Assembly: GCA_951406725.2 (NCBI GenBank)
Contig: OX597815.1
Location: 18,352,001-18,416,000 of the forward strand
Source: Octopus vulgaris
Taxonomy: Eukaryota
DNA: 64,000 nucleotides
Direction of reading: 5' to 3'
Under the pieces are notes generated by a model. It saw nothing but the letters and a program-made list of their open reading frames with translations, was not told the DNA's origin and did no database searches. Positions 23,553-36,528 of this stretch are shown piece after piece (the stretch's first letter is position 1; each line of letters starts with the position of its first letter). The translations under genes were made by a program, and so were the position numbers.

Positions 23553-26357
23553 ATGCGCGTACACACACACACTCACGCATTCATACACACAGAAGTATAC
23601 GCATCAGCCACATAAACACATGCCTACATGTGTGTACACATACACAGACACACATCTAAGAGATATATTTAGAGCCGGAAAAGCAATATTATAATAAAAT
23701 AATTAAAAAGAAAGACCTCCGTAGGCATTCCATTAATCTCTAATCCATTTCACTTGTTCAGGAAAATATTCTTGGAGAGAAAGAAATAAAAATGTGTTAG
23801 CATTTAGAATAGAGTTAAGAATTTAAATTAACACTTTTGCATCTTTTTAAAATCGTCTACATTTTCGATAAACATGTCTCCAAGACCTCCGGAGCTGGCT
23901 GTAAATTAACACCAAAGAAGATGCCCTCCGTGACGTAGGCCTTGACATATTTTCAGTTTTTCTTAAATGAGCGTTGGTTGTCCATGAAGTAAATTCTCCG
24001 GTATTGTCAAAAATATAGCCCAAGGCTGAGACGACTTGCCACCACTGCCTTTGCAAACATCGACATCAAAACTCGTAGAATCAGAACAGATACACCAAAG
24101 CATCTTGTTCATTACCGAGACATTTCTAACAATTTTTTATCGTAGACAAAGTTGACGTTGGGTGCAATTGAACTTAGCGCGTAACATGGACCAAATACTG
24201 CAATCTTGTTCGATAGTCAAGCGGTTCTGTCAATACCAGCTTGAATATCTGTAATAATCCTGTTCTTTCGTGGTGGCACACGACACCATGTATAGGCTGA
24301 CAGAATATGAAACGATAAAATGTAGATGTTATGAAACTCAAATATTATACATGACATTTGATCACAATTGCTATTATTTGTTTACAGATTAAGTCTCTAT
24401 AACTGTTCAGACAATAAGACGTTTCCACGCAGTTTCTTATTTTCGTATTTTCATAATCCTTATAGGAGGAAAGCATGGCCAAGTGATTAGAAATTTTTCT
24501 TTCATTTCATTAGACTTGGGATTCGATCTCACAGCCCAGTATCCTTGACAAGTATCTTTTATCAAAGTTCGGGTTGACTCACGCTTGTGGCTGTTGCTGA
24601 AACAATTGAACATAGCGCGTAACATGGAACAAATACTGCAAAACATCTTGTTCGATAGTCTAGTGGTTCTGTCAATACCAGGAAACAGACTTACTAAGAA
24701 TTCATAAAGTGGAGAGGCAGTGGAGTAAATATTTTTTGCATATTTCAAAGTATACAAACGCTACAAACAGTGCCGTATTCAATCTTGAGGGATTAGCTTG
24801 TGATATGGATAATTTATTATGAAAGGCCCCACGTTAAATTATTTAAAGCTACTATTCAACTATACGGCCTTCAATACAGTATAGTACTATATAGTACTGT
24901 ATAGAGTAGTAATATAGTACTATACTACCTTTAGCTGTTATGAGTGGGGACTAAGGGTGATCCTCTGTGAAAAATACGTGTATGATTTGGTACACTCTAA
25001 ATTAACTGTTGGCAATTGCAATTCCTTGATTTCGATTTTGGTTTATTACTTCAGTGCTATTTTGCCTTCAGTTTTTAGGAACGGTCTGGGTGGCTAAAGT
25101 TGACCAAAAACTCAGACTACAACCGAGGTCTAATACATTTAGAATCAAATTACAATAATCAAATTTTGATGGCAGTAGGAATGAAAAGGTTTACTTCATG
25201 TTTGTTGGAAACAAGTTAATGAATTTGGGAAGATATGGTCGGTATACCTGTCAGAGAGATATTCCTCTCAAGTTAAATGACATGTCATTACATTCATGCA
25301 ATTTGCAAATGCTAAATAAGTTTTTGTACTTATTTAGTAACAGGCCAGCTCTCACGAAGAAGATATATAGTCAAAAATAGTTTCAGTCGTGACCATCTTG
25401 TCTACTGTTTTCAGATACAGTGTATTTAAGAAAACAATATCCTAGAATGCGGATTTAGAAAGATTTGGCCGCTGCTTATAACTGATCAACCATCTAAGAT
25501 CACCATATCTAACAAGTAGAGCGAACCGAAGAGAAACATTTTTGGTGTTTGTTGCTTAGCTTACATGTTACCATTGGTTGATGGGTTCTTTGGTACTTGT
25601 TGAATTACCAGAAAGACACTTTGCTTACCGTAAATCCATTGTTCTCGATATACCATATCGCTACGTGCAGTTTTGCAATTCGAGGAAGGTTGCTTCTTTC
25701 CCTCCATTTGTCCAATCGATTTTTTATATAACTGAACCTAAATGAATCGGGATGGTTTTGTTGTTATTGTTGTTTAGATCTATTCAGATTAATCTTGATC
25801 CATTCAGAACAGTTTTTGTAGTAATGTGTAAGATCTCCTTTAATGCGTTTTTCTTTTTTAAGACTTAGTGAGCGTGATTCTGCAGCTACTTCTAGCAGGA
25901 CGAAAGACCATACAGTAACTCTTCTGACGGCTCCAATAGATATCTATTGAAGTATGTAAGTCTGCAAATGCTCAAACATTCGTATCCAGATTACTCCTTC
26001 GTTGTAGATAAAGGCAGATTTTTTTCAAGAAGCTACTGGAACATCTAAATACTTTATCGGTACATTATCATTTCTGGTAGACAAAACGTGTAAAAATGCC
26101 AGCAATTGTTCAAACGATAATTATCGCATTATAGTGTAAAGGTATATTTGATTACTAACAAAGGAATGTCAAACCTGGGTGGATGATATGAAACTGAAGG
26201 AAAAGCATTACAGATTGTACATTAAAAAAAAGCCTATGGCAAATACAAAAGAAAGTAATACTACCAAATATATTGCAATAGGAAAGTATTAACTATGTAA
26301 AATATATTGCAATTGACTTATATAAAAATATATCACAGCTTGATGTTGATTTCAAGT

Positions 26358-26476
26358 TCTCTACTCTCTCTCTGTTTCTCTTTCTCTGTTTCTCATTCCC
26401 TCTCTCTCTCTTTCCCACTCTCTTTTTCTCCTTCTCTCTCTTCCTCTCTTTCTTTCTCTCTCTCTCTCTTTCTCTT

Positions 26477-26508
<32 letters not shown>

Positions 26509-26515
26509 CCTTTCT
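26358..26515. repeat. (CT)n-rich polypyrimidine tract
   Basis: Direct reading. Confidence 0.9.
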
Positions 26516-27319
26516 CATATGCACACATAGAAAACTCAATCACAATCTATTGGTCAGACTATGTAACAAGACACCTGCCGGTAGTTCCATGCAGTGGGCG
26601 GGAACAAAATTGTTGCGAAGTGAACTTCTCCAGACAAATAAAGTTATGGAGTAAATATTCCCATAATTCTTTACCTTTTTGTATATCTTGTTAGCCTCTG
26701 TTCTATGATACTGGAAAATACTTCAAAATTTAATTTGTTCTACACAGTCTGTCTATTCAAGTACTAAAATAAGTTTTAGAAAATATTACACATAATAAGC
26801 AAAATCTAAAGAAAAAATTCAGAATTGCCATTAGGTGGCCTCACGATATATATCTATCAGTATTCAAACAACAACAAAAGCGACAGCTTACATTTAACTG
26901 CTGTAAGGCATCGTTTGGTAAACGTAGAGAAATATTTAATGTTACAGAATAGCTCGCCTATGTTCGTAGTCATTTCAACCACACCGCACATGACTTTATA
27001 GCAGGTAGGCATATTGTTAGCGGATTATATTATGTAATAAATCTGTTCTTTAAAGACGGTAGACTGCAGTTGTATATTAAACGACCAAGCATAGACTTGC
27101 TTTAGAGTGGTTGATAATTTTCAGGCGGAAAGCCGAAAAATAAGTAAAAAAAAAGCAAAAACAAACAAAAACAAGAATTAACTAGTAAAGTCAAGAACTT
27201 CACCGATATATTTGTAGAAAAAAAAAATTATTGATTATTTCGAGTATTTAAATACAAAAACAGAATAGGAAAAAAGACAATCATAGCCAGCCAATTATAC
27301 ACAGTTGTATACGAATTAC

Positions 27320-27484
27320 ATATATATACATATATATATGTATATATATATATGTATATGTATATTTATATATGTATGTGTATATGTATATTTATATATG
27401 TATGTGTATATGTATATTTATATATGTATGTGTATATGTATATTTATATATGTATGTGTATATGTATATTTATATATGTATGTG

Positions 27485-27515
<31 letters not shown>
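27320..27515. repeat. TA-derived minisatellite, 26-bp unit TATATGTATATTTATATATGTATGTG, about 5 copies
   Basis: Direct reading. Confidence 0.85.
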
Positions 27516-27914
27516 CAAAAGAAATAAATATATATAGTTAAAATCTCTTGCTGTTTTTGTAACTCGTATTTAAAAGTATTTTCATACGTTATTTTAATAA
27601 TTTTTTTCGTGTGTTCCTCGTTGAGACCTCATTAACATTTAAAACATCTCAATAGATATTTATGAGAATTTCAAAATATATATATAAATAGAATAAAATT
27701 CTGTTTTAATAAGAATTTTTTTTCTGCACGAAGTCATTGCCCCCACAAATTGAAATTTATCACTCTATCAATCTATCTATCAGTCTCTCATACGTACTTG
27801 CATCCACATCTACATACATTCATGTATATATACATATATATAATGTGTATACATTTTTATATATTTACGTATGTATATATATATATCATTATTATTATTA
27901 TTATTATTATTATT

Positions 27915-28468
27915 GAGTGAGAGAGCAGTTCATGCCATCAAAGTGACACTGGGGTAAAATATACGAAGCCCAATATACCCATCATGACTACCCGTCTGAT
28001 AAAGGTACACCAGGCACATGCATCACAACCATATGTGCGTGACATGGTGATCTCATATCAAGATAAACAGCACATGACCTTGCAGGTGAGGCCCAGTTAG
28101 AATTTTCTTCAGGTTGAGTAGCCCATCCCGCTCAAAAGGCCCCTGAATAAGGGTTGTTTAAGGATGTTGAAAGAACCACCCATGTTTCCAGAGGTGAATT
28201 ATTCAAACCCCAAAGAATCCCTCTCAACACATGGCTATGATGCTCCCCCACTACTTCTGCTCGTGATCAGAGATGCACATATCATCAGCCACTAAGGGAC
28301 ATGCTCAACTGGTTATGGTCAAACAACTGACAAGCAAATCTGTGGTATTGAGCAGAATATTTGCTGTAGCCCATCTTTTATACCAAGACAAAACAATGTA
28401 CATGATAACACTTCCAATCAGTTAAGATAAGAAGCCATGAGAGCCACTGCCTGGTACTGCATCAGGGC

Positions 28469-28472
<4 letters not shown>
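27915..28472 (-). mobile_element. ~560-bp non-coding interspersed element inserted in (TAA)n
   Basis: (ATT)n on both sides; diverged inverse partial copy at 31885-32055; strand inferred. Confidence 0.65.
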
Positions 28473-28525
<53 letters not shown>

Positions 28526-28599
28526 AACATGCACACCCCACCAATAAATGAATGAATAAATGAAAAAGACTATTCTTGGGTATGTTTTCGAAAAGCTTG

Positions 28600-29533
28600 A
28601 ATTAAAGGAGACAATAATATCGACATGAAACGTGGCCTTTCTTTGATTCGTGACTATATCGATCGCAGTATTAACGCTATGCTTTTGCAATCCAAAATAT
28701 GAGATCACTGAGGGATACCAAATTAATAGAAGAGACAGGAAAGTCCTTGGAGCTCCATGATACAAGTGAAAATGAAGATTATGTCATATTTCAGTGCAAG
28801 ACATCAAACATGTCATTAGCAGCTGCCCAAAAATTGTTATCAAAGTACTGCTACTTCATTACGCGACACGACTTGTGGCCAAAGCATTTTACAATATCAT
28901 TCAAGAAGAAGACTGTCTTGGAATGAATACAAAATATCCTCCTGTTAATAAATACATACACGAGCATCAACCCAAGGAATACTGTGAGAATATTACAATC
29001 GAAACATCCATCAAGTGTAAACATAACAGGCTGAATACTGTTGTTTGGACAGTTAGGAAAGATTATGAACTGTCAACTGTTATAGAGGTCAGCTGTTCTG
29101 CTGACGTGAATGTCTCTGAATGATCAACGACTAAGGAAATAACGATGAACAACTGCTCTGAAATCTCTAGTTTTTACTTTCAGATTATGCATTCTCATTT
29201 ATAATCTAGCTTTCTCAGTAAATGTACAAGACACAATCAGGATAAACCAGTGTTTTCAAAAGGAGAAATCAATCAATTGAATGCAGTCAGTAAGAGGAGC
29301 AGTAAAAGTATTCAAGACTTTTCTGGAGTATACAGAAATAACGATGAACAACTGCTTTGAAATCTCCAGTTTTTACTTTCAGATTATGCTTTCACATTTA
29401 AAATCTAGCTTTCTCAGTAAATGCACAAGACACAATCAGGATAAACCAGTGTTTTCAAAAGGAGAAATCAATCAATTGAATACAGTCAGTAAGAGGAGCA
29501 GTAAAAGTATTCAAGACTTTTCTGAAGTATACA
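28600..29533 (+). mobile_element. R4/Dong-like LINE fragment (zinc knuckle + RLE) with duplicated 3' end
   Basis: AFAIQ..; DIKHVISSCPK; RHDLWPK; CKHNRLNTVVW..TVIEVSCSADVN resemble the CCHC and RPD..E RLE motifs; frameshifted. Confidence 0.75.
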
Positions 29534-29649
29534 ACGTAACGTTGTTTTTTTTTAGTTTTTTTTTTATCTACATTCAAACAATAGAGCTTGTATCTTTGTT
29601 AGAAACCAGAGTAAAATTCTGGTTCCTTAGAATAAAAGTTTAGATAACA

Positions 29650-29856
29650 TGTGTGTATGTGAGTGTGTCTGGGTATGTGTGTGAGTGTGTGTGTGTGTGT
29701 GCGTGTGTGTGTATGTGTGAGTGAGTGAGTGAGTGTGTCTGGGTATGTGTGTGAGTGTGTGTGTGTGTGTAAGTGAGTGTGTCCGGGTATGTGTGTGAGT
29801 GTGTGTGTGTGTGTGCGGTTGTGTGTGTGTGTGTGAGTGAGTGTGTCTGGGTATGT
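29650..29856. repeat. (TG)n-based higher-order repeat with recurring GTGTCTGGGTAT units
   Basis: Four GTGTCYGGGTAT units in a TG background. Confidence 0.85.
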
Positions 29857-30060
29857 GTTTGTTTGTCCCTCCAACATCGCTTGACAGCCGATGCTGGTGT
29901 GTTTACGTCCCCGTCACTTAGCGGTTCGGCAAAAGAGTCCGATAGAATAAGTACTAGGCTTACAAAGGATAAGTCCTGGGATCGATTTGCTCGACTAAAG
30001 GCGGTGCTCCAGCATGGCCGCTGTCAAATGACTGACACAAGTAAACGAGTAAAAAGAGAG
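29857..30060 (+). mobile_element. SINE family A, 3' half
   Basis: TTTGTCCC..CATCGCTTGACA..GGCGGTGCTCCAGCATGG tail. Confidence 0.85.
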
Positions 30061-31884
30061 AGTATGTATCTTTTTATTGTCCACAACTACATCTTTATGA
30101 ATACACTGGTAACACTACTTATTCTTGCCTTCTTCACAAACTGAAAAAATAAACAAAACCAAATTTATGTAGACCTATTGCTTTATTCTTTTATTCCTTT
30201 TATTCCTTTTTCCCCTTTAATGTTTATTGCGATTTGAGGGAAACTTGGCTGATATTTCTAACAGATCAATGTTCACTCGCTTACTTCTGCTCGATGAGTT
30301 CGTTAATTTAAGCGGTGTCAATTAATGCATCGTATTTCTGATAGATGTCTGTGCATAGCAGTTTAGCTCTTTTGTGAAGTATAGAAAATTTTCTTGTTTT
30401 CCTTTTCTTTTTCTTTTTCGTCAAGCACGAGTTATATAGAAATCTTTACTGCTGCAAGTAATAATGATTATTTAATATGGCGTCCATATTTAAATATGTA
30501 TTAATTTGTCCGATGACTGAATGCCAAGTTAAATTTTTTGTCGTCTGTAAGTTTCATAAGTTGAAAGAACAATATAAAGATATTAGGTTTACAAGCCACT
30601 GTGTCGAACTGCAGTTAATATTTAGTATATATATTTATTAATATTTAGTATATTACTCCAATAAGTTTGAACTCAACACAATTATAAGACATGGGGAGGA
30701 AAATACTCGTCCTGATCAGAACTTTTTAATAATCTCCTCTATGTTCTCATATCAAAAATAGAATCCAGCGAATATTTTGTCTCAGTAGAACGGCTTTATT
30801 TCCATACTCCGTTGACATTGTCACTTCTGCCAAAATATTACTCTTTAGGTAACCTCCTACATATTAACTCTTATGCTGGGCCTGCCATGGGCGGTAATCC
30901 CGCCAAAATACTCTTATGATCATTTAATAAATTTTGAGATTCAAATTAAAAGTGCAGACTTGAAAGCGAACAAGCAATATAGTCAGGTTAGGAGATTGGT
31001 GTGAAACACAACTTCAAGACAGGAATGTCATTTAAATTTTCATAATATACTTGCTCTCCGTATCGTATTCAAATATGTTGTAAATACGTATTGTCTCTAA
31101 TATCATAGAAAATATGCTTATAAGAAAAGATAAACGATGTAATTCAAATATAATACGTTTTTGGTAATGTCGTCAGTGTACGAATTTCAATATCAATATT
31201 GATGTTTATGTCATCAGAATGTATATTTGGAATGTAAGTCGTAAGTTCAATAAAGTAACCTGCTCAAAGCAATGAATTGAATAGACAAAAGAATGATATA
31301 GTTAAACAGAGAAGATAATTTAAATGCAGATATTACTGACTGACTGGCATTGTTCGAGTGCCTTCAGGTAAAATACTTAACCAGGTTTAAAGCAATGTTG
31401 TAATAATGGAAAGCATTGCATTTTTTTCTCTTTGCATAATGTAAATAAAAGAACAGTATTGTGTGGTTTTTGTCTTATTTATTTATTTGAAACACTGGAC
31501 ATCATCATAGTCACTATCAAATGTCTCCCACTGCTATGTTCATATCAGTATACTAAAATATATACTATATTGAAGTTAACACCTTTGACTGTTCTCCTGG
31601 TTTGGGAAGTGTTGCTTGCTTTTTCCTTTGTTCTTTGCACGTTCGTTGTTAGCAAATAACCTTACTTCATGCTCAATTACACTGTGTAACAAAATGTTTA
31701 TTATTTTTGCCATTGTTCAGTAAGGGTTATTTCCTATTTGCTTCTATCCTAAAATCAAAGGAAATGACTACAATTCCCTTCAAACTTTGTTTTCGTGACC
31801 TGGACATCAATGTTTTGAAACTGACCTATTTTGCATTACATTTCAGGCAGATTCAGGGCTGAATTGCCGAAGCAGAACCATTGT

Positions 31885-32055
31885 TGTAGCAGATATTCTG
31901 CTCGGTGCTACAGATTTGCTTGTCAATTGCTTGGCCTTAACCATTTGAGCATGTTCCTTAATGCCTGACAATATGTGCATCTCTGATCACGAGCAGGAGT
32001 AGTGGAGGAGCATCATAGACATATCTGGAGAAGGATTCTTTAGGGTTTGAATAAA
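31885..32055 (+). mobile_element. Partial diverged copy of the 27915-28472 element
   Basis: GTGCATCTCTGATCACGAGCAG etc. is the inverse of about 28198-28370. Confidence 0.7.
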
Positions 32056-32630
32056 TGTATCAAAAGCAAAGTTTTTAGGAAATAGCTATTTTCATGCTTT
32101 CTAGGGGTAAGTAAATAAGAAATAACAGTTGCTGCCCATGGCCAAAAGTCGTATTACACAGTGTTATATCATTCTTTCCGGTCAACTTGGTTTGATATCT
32201 ATCAACAACTGAGATTACTTTCCTCTAGGATAGTTACAATTTATGTAGCCTCGTTTCGAACTTGAAGGAGGTTATATGAATATAATTACCAGTTCGTCAC
32301 CATTTCTCGTTCACTCTTTAATATAGATCACAGTGCTAGGTAGAATAGGAGAAGGAAAGTTCTAGATTCTCTGAGTATCATATCTCTATGTAGTTAACTA
32401 CCAAAACTTGATTTGAATCTTGACAGGTTGTACTTAGATATTCATTCTTCAAAAACATGAATGAAAGAAAAATATAATGGAGGGTTGATACATGGATAGA
32501 AGCCGCAGCACGCATGCGTACTTCAAATTGAAGATTACCGAAAATGGATCATTGGCACCTCACTCATTTATGTCGAGGATCATATGTTTGTTCTATTTTC
32601 ATGTAAAAACCTTATACAAAGTGACAAATA

Positions 32631-32938
32631 TTTGTTTGTTCCTTCTCGAGCCATGCCTGGCTCAGAAGGGCCGGTTTCCCGGTTTCTTAGCGTATAAGTT
32701 CCCTAACTGGACGGGGCGCCGGTCCGTCGTAGGTGAGCTGCAAGATGCAGGAGGAAAGAGTGAGAGATAGCTGTGGCGAAAGTGTCAGCAGAAGTTCGCC
32801 ATTACCTTCTGCCGGAGCCGCGTGGAGCTTAGGTGTTGTTTCGTTCATAAACACACACATCGTCCGGTCTGAGATTCGAACCCGCGATCCCTCGACCGCG
32901 AGTCCGCTGCTCTAACCACGAGGTCATGTGCCTCCACA
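32631..32938 (-). mobile_element. SINE family B3
   Basis: Matches 51230-51539; GTGACAAAT on both flanks. Confidence 0.9.
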
Positions 32939-33547
32939 ATGTGACAAATGGCATCAGGAAATACTTCTTAGCCTATTGGATTAAAAGAATTTATATCTCA
33001 ATCACACCAAGGACACCGTAGAAAGTTTTCTTTAATTACATTATAAATATTACGTACATATACTGACAATTGTATAAGAGTGAGTGACAGAGATGCCTCG
33101 AACCAACAGAAATCTCTAAGTGATACTTGACCTGATGGAAATAACTACCAAATCTTCCACAAATCGAACCCAACAGTTTTCATCAAGATAGGGCACATTG
33201 TATAATGTGGTCCAAGATATGCTATGTCTGAGGATGAGATAAGATGGTTATGAGTGAAAAACACCATTGGTCATATATTGGTTCAATTTGAATGACTTTG
33301 AGCTGAAGAACAACTATAAATACAGAATTTATTCCAAAGATTCTAATAGGTTTGCGATCAAATACGGAAAGTGCCTAACAAATCCTCAAATATAGCTGCA
33401 AGTGTATATAAAGGTATATACATGTATGTATACATATATATATATATATAGATATATATATATATATGCATATAGATACGTACATATAGATACATACATA
33501 CATACAGACATACATAAATACACATACACACACACACATATATATTT

Positions 33548-33704
33548 AGGAGTGGCTATGTGGTAAGTAGCTTGTTTACCAAGCACATGGTTCCGGGTTC
33601 AGTCCCACTACGTGGCACCTTGGGCAAGTGTCTTCTACTATAGCCTCGGGTCGACCAAAGCCTTGTGAGTGGATTTTGTAGACAGAAACTGAAAGAAGCT
33701 CGTC

Positions 33705-33759
<55 letters not shown>

Positions 33760-33978
33760 TGTGTGTGTATATTTGTGTATTTGTGTTTGTTCCCCCAACA
33801 TCGCTTGACAACCGATGCTGGTGTGTTTACGTCACCGTAACTTAGCGGTTCGGCAAAAGCGACCGATAGAATAAGTACTAGGCTTACAAGCAATAAGTCC
33901 TGGGGTCGATTTGCTCGACTAAATGCGGTGCTCCAGCATGGCCACAGTCAAATTACTGAAACAAGTAAAGGAGTAAAA

Positions 33979-33981
<3 letters not shown>
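33548..33981 (+). mobile_element. SINE family A, full length
   Basis: Matches family A consensus. Confidence 0.9.
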
Positions 33982-34017
<36 letters not shown>

Positions 34018-34957
34018 GTCTGTGTGTGTGTATACGCACACAAGACGCAAAAGATTAGATTTCAATACGTAACATTTAATTTTTGAAATATTCCAAGTTC
34101 GTATTCTCGGTTACCACACACTTTAATTATTCATGCAATGCATTAATCAATTACTCTGGTTGCACTAGTTCCCCTAAACGTTTTCCTGCCGCCACTTGCT
34201 ATACCAAACTAGACTTAGAACGATGAAACTGTCTTTTCAACACTACAGAAAAGGAAAAAAAAAATAGTAATACCCACGCTAATATATAAATCAGAAAATG
34301 ACTGGCTACATTATCTGTAGGACGCCAAAATCAATAACTAAATGCATCTTTGTAAGCCAGACTTGAAAGAATATATTACCAGTGTGTATGAATATATCAA
34401 GCGTATCAGTTTGTATATGAGATTCTTTCATATATCAATTTCATGAAATAATTAGCTGCATGCTAAAATTGGATTAACCTCCACTATTAATACTTACATC
34501 ACTGAAAAATCATTGGAAACCGTTTGTCGTATCAAAGCAGTATTTAGTAATTCTAGTATCGTTTTACCAATGTTGCATAAAGAACAGTTTAGGAATTATA
34601 TTTTCATCCGTGACACAACACATTTCCAAAAGATATTAATCTGTTCTACATCGTATTGTTGTCAGAGTCGCATACTTATTAGATTATAAGTTCAAACATA
34701 ATGTATATAACGCACAATATTGACGGAGCTTTGTTATTTTCTAGAAAATGAAATAAAAAAAAAAAACGTAGCAAAAAATATAAGAGAATGTGGTAAGTTC
34801 ATTCGTAGTGCAGAGTGTAGAATCTACCTTATTGAATATTGTAAATGGAGTTGCATAGTATGGGGGAAAGATAGAATTGAATAGTTTATATCAATGTTAG
34901 ATGGCTAACAAAGAGAGAGATTGGGTGAGAGATAGATACATAGAGACAGAGAAGTGA

Positions 34958-35060
<103 letters not shown>

Positions 35061-35369
35061 GGGGGCTGAGAAGGAAGTGGTATAAGAGGGTTATAAGTCA
35101 GAAGTTCGAGGTGATCAAAGGTTGATGCAAGCTAAATTCTGGGAAAGTAAGGCATGGCTATCTTCAATGTTGTCTGAAGCAAACAGGTCAGCAGGTACAG
35201 CCACTTTAGCCATCAGCTGTTTCGGTTCATTGTCTGATAAATAATACTTTGTAAGGACGGCCATTTAACTATTTCTGGTGGTACAATGATATAATGGAAG
35301 CAATAATAAATCTCTGAGCGAGGTATAAACAGTAGCTGCACGACATCGTGAAGTATATTTGCCACTTAA

Positions 35370-35610
35370 ATGTGGCTAACCCCTAAGGGTGGATGCTACT
35401 GTAGCTCGTAGCCCCAGGAGGGCACTTCCTCCAACTGGGTATTGACACACTGTCTGTGTCCTATCATTATTTGCAGGTTGAAGACGTGAAGGATGGCTTC
35501 CCTTTGCAAATACTGATAGGGCACAGAAAGTGTGTCTATAGGCAGCTGGAGGAAGTCTCCTCCTGGGGCTACAAGCGACAGTAGCATCCACCCTTGGAGG
35601 TTAGTCACAT
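35370..35610. mobile_element. MITE / fold-back DNA element, ~105-bp imperfect TIRs, TTAA on both sides
   Basis: ATGTGGCTAACC..AAGGGTGGATGCTACTGT..GTAGCCCCAGGAGG mirrored by CCTCCTGGGGCTAC..ACAGTAGCATCCACCCTT..GGTTAGTCACAT; TTAA at 35366-69 and 35611-14. Confidence 0.85.
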
Positions 35611-35721
35611 TTAAATGACAAACATACTTCACAATGATATATATATATACTTGTGTGTGTGTGTGTGTGTGTGTGTGTATACACGCAAACATCAAGTAAA
35701 CAGACACCCCCACATGCATAC

Positions 35722-35771
<50 letters not shown>

Positions 35772-36144
35772 GTGTACACACACACGCGTGCACACACACA
35801 CGCGTGTACACACACACACAACGTTTATGGAATGTGTTTTTTTTCAGTGCATATCGCATATCCATTGACTTAGATCTCATGTCCTATGCTCCAAAACCTG
35901 ACTAGGTTGAATTTAATTCTGTTTAAACATCAAATTTCCTTACAAGTCTTTTTATGCTTTATTTTGAACTACAACTTTTCTCGATCGTGTCTTCGTAATG
36001 AAGTCTTGGCTTTGAAGCTATTTTTCCCTTTTTTTTTCTTCTTTGTGCGTAGCAAAAGCACAAGCGAACGATGTTGTGACTAATTACCCAGTGTCATCAG
36101 ATTTAAAATTTGTTTAGTAGTAAACTGCAGTTTACATCCAGAGT

Positions 36145-36528
36145 AGGAGGCGCAATGGCCCAGTGGTTAGGGCAGCGGACTCGCGGTCATAGGATCGCGG
36201 TTTCGATTCCCAGACCGGGCGTTGTGAGTGTTTATTGAGCGAAAACACCTAAAAGCTCCACGAGTCTCCGGCATGGTGGTGATCCCTGCTGTACTCTTTC
36301 ACCACAACTTTCTCTCACTCTTACTTCCTATTTCTGTTGTACCTGTATTTCAAAGGGCCGGCCTTGTCACTCTCTGTGTCACGCTGAATATCCCCGAGAA
36401 CTACGTTAAGGGTACACGTGTCTGTGGAGTGCTCAGCCACTTACACGTTAATTTCACGAGCAGGCTGTTCCGTTGATTCGGATCAACCAGAACCCTCGTC
36501 GTCGTAACCGACGGAGTGCTTCCAATCC
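36145..36528 (+). mobile_element. SINE family B1
   Basis: Near-identical to 7468-7851; TSD ACATCCAGAGT (36134-36144, 36529-36539). Confidence 0.92.

Noticed and set aside
23847-24056. 69-aa ORF
   Set aside because: No recognisable domain; cannot be supported
24166-24681. ~75-bp repeat at 24166-24239 and 24605-24681
   Set aside because: Appears to be degenerate SINE remnants or a small old duplication; no further structure
27320-27515. CRISPR-like array
   Set aside because: Tandem minisatellite without unique spacers, in eukaryotic DNA
33080-33320. Very old dispersed repeat (CTAGAAATAGC..CAAATCT motif; also near 7250-7390, 25380-25490, 37350-37520, 51170-51680, 61255-61320)
   Set aside because: Probably a real ancient repeat family but too degenerate to give boundaries or class by eye
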